From Azolla caroliniana (Eukaryota; Plantae; Polypodiophyta): a DNA stretch of 64,000 bases. The notes under the pieces were generated by a model. The model did not search any database and was not told where the DNA came from. It worked only from the letters and a program-made list of their open reading frames with translations. How positions within the stretch are numbered: position 1 is the first letter of the stretch; every line of letters begins with the position of its first letter. Where the stretch lies: NCBI GenBank assembly GCA_043228905.1, contig JBHGNT010000016.1:1922001-1986000 (forward strand). Direction: 5' to 3'. Shown in pieces: positions 62,067 to 64,000 of the stretch. The position numbers and the translations under genes are program-made.

Positions 62067-64000
62067 TTAACCACAATGCTTTTCCTCTTCTACCATTTTA
62101 AGCACAAAGTTTTTAAGTATGTCTTCACTATAAGAACCTTCTTTGTGTGCAATAGAAAATGTAGAAAATGAATCAACATGGATAGTCTTCTTTAAAGCAA
62201 AATTTCTCGCTCTTAAGGACTCGATTATATCAGCATCCTCCTCCATACCAGCAGCAGCATAAATACTACCCATAAGAACATATGCAGCCGCAAGATTATT
62301 ATCCAAATGTATAGCTTGATCAAAGGCCAGCCTTCCAAGTTTCACCTTTCCCCATTTTCTACAAGCACTCAATAGTGCAACCCAAACGGAAGAGTGATCA
62401 GAAGATGACATTGTCTTAATAACAGACATCGCCTTCTCAAAACGCCCTGCACAACCGAAAATAACTACCATGCAAGTGTGATGCTCTAGCTTTGGTGTAA
62501 TGTGATACTTCGTATACATACTCTCATAATGTATTTGGGCCTCATCCAATTTCCCCGAGTGGCTACATGCAGTCAACACGCATAAGAACGTTATCTCATT
62601 CGGTGAGAGACCATCTCTTTGAATCCTTGTAAAACAATTCAACGCCTCTTCACCTGTGCCTTTGTTGGCATACCCTGCGATGAGTGCATTCCATGAGATT
62701 ATATTCCGGAATGGAAGCTCTTCAACTAATTTCTCAGCTTTTGAAAGATACCCACATTTGGCATACATGTCTACTAATGCATTTCCTAGTGCAATGTTTT
62801 CCTCTAGCAAGCCTCTACTCACAATCTCATTGTGAAGTTGTTTCCCCTTGTCAATAGCTCCCACGCTACCACATGCATTCAAAATGCATGTGAATGTGAC
62901 ATTGTTCGGAGAGACGCCTTCTCTTTGCATTTGTGCATAACAATTCAATGCTTCATGTGCTTGTCCATTTTTGGTATACCCAGAGATTAGTGTGGACCAG
63001 GAGACAACATTCTTAAAACGGAGACCTCTAAGTACTCGTTGAGATTTTTCAAGACAACCACATTTGACATACATATCTACCAAAGCATTTCCAAGCTCAA
63101 TGTTTTTCTCTAACAGACCATTGTTGGCAATCTCGTTGTGAATTTTTTCACCCTCATCAATGGCTCCTATGCTCCCACATGCCTTCAAGATGGAAGTGAA
63201 TGTGATCTCATTTGGTGAGAGGCCCTCTCTCTGCATTTGGGCAAAGCAATCCAATGCTTGGCGACCATGTCCATGTTGGACATACCCAGAAATTAGTGCT
63301 GACCAAGTGACCACATTTCGAATAGGAAGCTCTTCTAGTACTTTTCTTGCCTTTGCAAGCAGGCCACATTTGGCATACATATCAACCAATGCATTGCCGA
63401 GAAAAGCGTTACCATGCAAAAGAAGTCCTCTATCAACAATCTCTTCATGAATTTGTTTTCCTTTATCAATAGCTCCAATGCTAGCAGACGCCCTGAGGAT
63501 ACAAAGGAAAGTGACTTCATTTGCAGAGATGTTCTCCCGACGCATTGATTGGTAACAGTCGAGGGCAGCCTCACAGTGCTCGTGTCTGGCATACCCTGCA
63601 ATGAGGGCATTCCAAGAGACCGTGTTTCGAATCGGAATATCTTCTAGAATGTCACGCGCTTTCTTGAGTAAACCACATTTAGCATACATATCCACCAAAG
63701 CATTACTGACCATGACATTTTTATGCAAAATTCCTCTTTCGACAACATTGTCATGGATTTCTTGACCTTTTTTTATCGCGCCAATGCTTCCACAGGCCTT
63801 GAGAATTGAAGTGAAAGTGACATCATCAGGAACAAGACCATCTTCTCTTTGCATTCTTTCAAAGCAAATGAGAGCTTGATGGCCATGGCCATGTTGAGCA
63901 TATCCAGAAATGAGCGCAGACCAAATGACGACATCTCGGTTTGGAATTTCTTCTAGTATTTGATGCGCTTTTGCAAGCATGCCACATTTAGCATACATAT
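62067..64000 (-). CDS. PLS-class PPR protein with E domain, no DYW (5' part outside the window)
   Basis: Open frame of at least 643 aa with repeated NALVDMYAKCG / VVSWSALISGY / PNEITFTSILKACGSIG triplets. E-domain VWVALLSACRKWG...AAAYVLMGSIYAAAG, then a short degenerate tail. Confidence 0.92.
   Translation of the reverse strand, partial: MYAKCGMLAKAHQILEEIPNRDVVIWSALISGYAQHGHGHQALICFERMQREDGLVPDDVTFTSILKACGSIGAIKKGQEIHDNVVERGILHKNVMVSNALVDMYAKCGLLKKARDILEDIPIRNTVSWNALIAGYARHEHCEAALDCYQSMRRENISANEVTFLCILRASASIGAIDKGKQIHEEIVDRGLLLHGNAFLGNALVDMYAKCGLLAKARKVLEELPIRNVVTWSALISGYVQHGHGRQALDCFAQMQREGLSPNEITFTSILKACGSIGAIDEGEKIHNEIANNGLLEKNIELGNALVDMYVKCGCLEKSQRVLRGLRFKNVVSWSTLISGYTKNGQAHEALNCYAQMQREGVSPNNVTFTCILNACGSVGAIDKGKQLHNEIVSRGLLEENIALGNALVDMYAKCGYLSKAEKLVEELPFRNIISWNALIAGYANKGTGEEALNCFTRIQRDGLSPNEITFLCVLTACSHSGKLDEAQIHYESMYTKYHITPKLEHHTCMVVIFGCAGRFEKAMSVIKTMSSSDHSSVWVALLSACRKWGKVKLGRLAFDQAIHLDNNLAAAYVLMGSIYAAAGMEEDADIIESLRARNFALKKTIHVDSFSTFSIAHKEGSYSEDILKNFVLKMVEEEKHCG

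Overview
Land-plant nuclear DNA, most likely a fern. This is inferred from the PLS-class PPR genes carrying a DYW:KP-type domain and from the TE families present; the species cannot be determined here. Five host genes are present: Di19 zinc-finger (-, with a U12 AT-AC intron), a CRAL-TRIO/Sec14-like protein (-), a plant-specific C-terminal-TM protein of the At1g01240/At2g46550 type (+, probable GC-AG intron), a PPR-DYW gene with KP/GRP-like variant features (-), and a PLS-E PPR gene running off the right edge (-). Between them lie nested TEs: a full-length 10 kb non-chromoviral Ty3/Gypsy element inserted in an L1-like LINE remnant, a Ty1/Copia element whose 3' LTR holds an RTE-X-like LINE with an intact ORF2, a second truncated Copia, two hAT-type MITEs, further LINE and PPR fragments, and a 100-N gap. 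The most unusual signal is in the Gypsy element: there is no polypurine tract beside its 3' LTR. A second, inverted tRNA-Arg primer-binding-like site sits there instead, suggesting tRNA priming at both ends. All calls were made by eye, without database searches.
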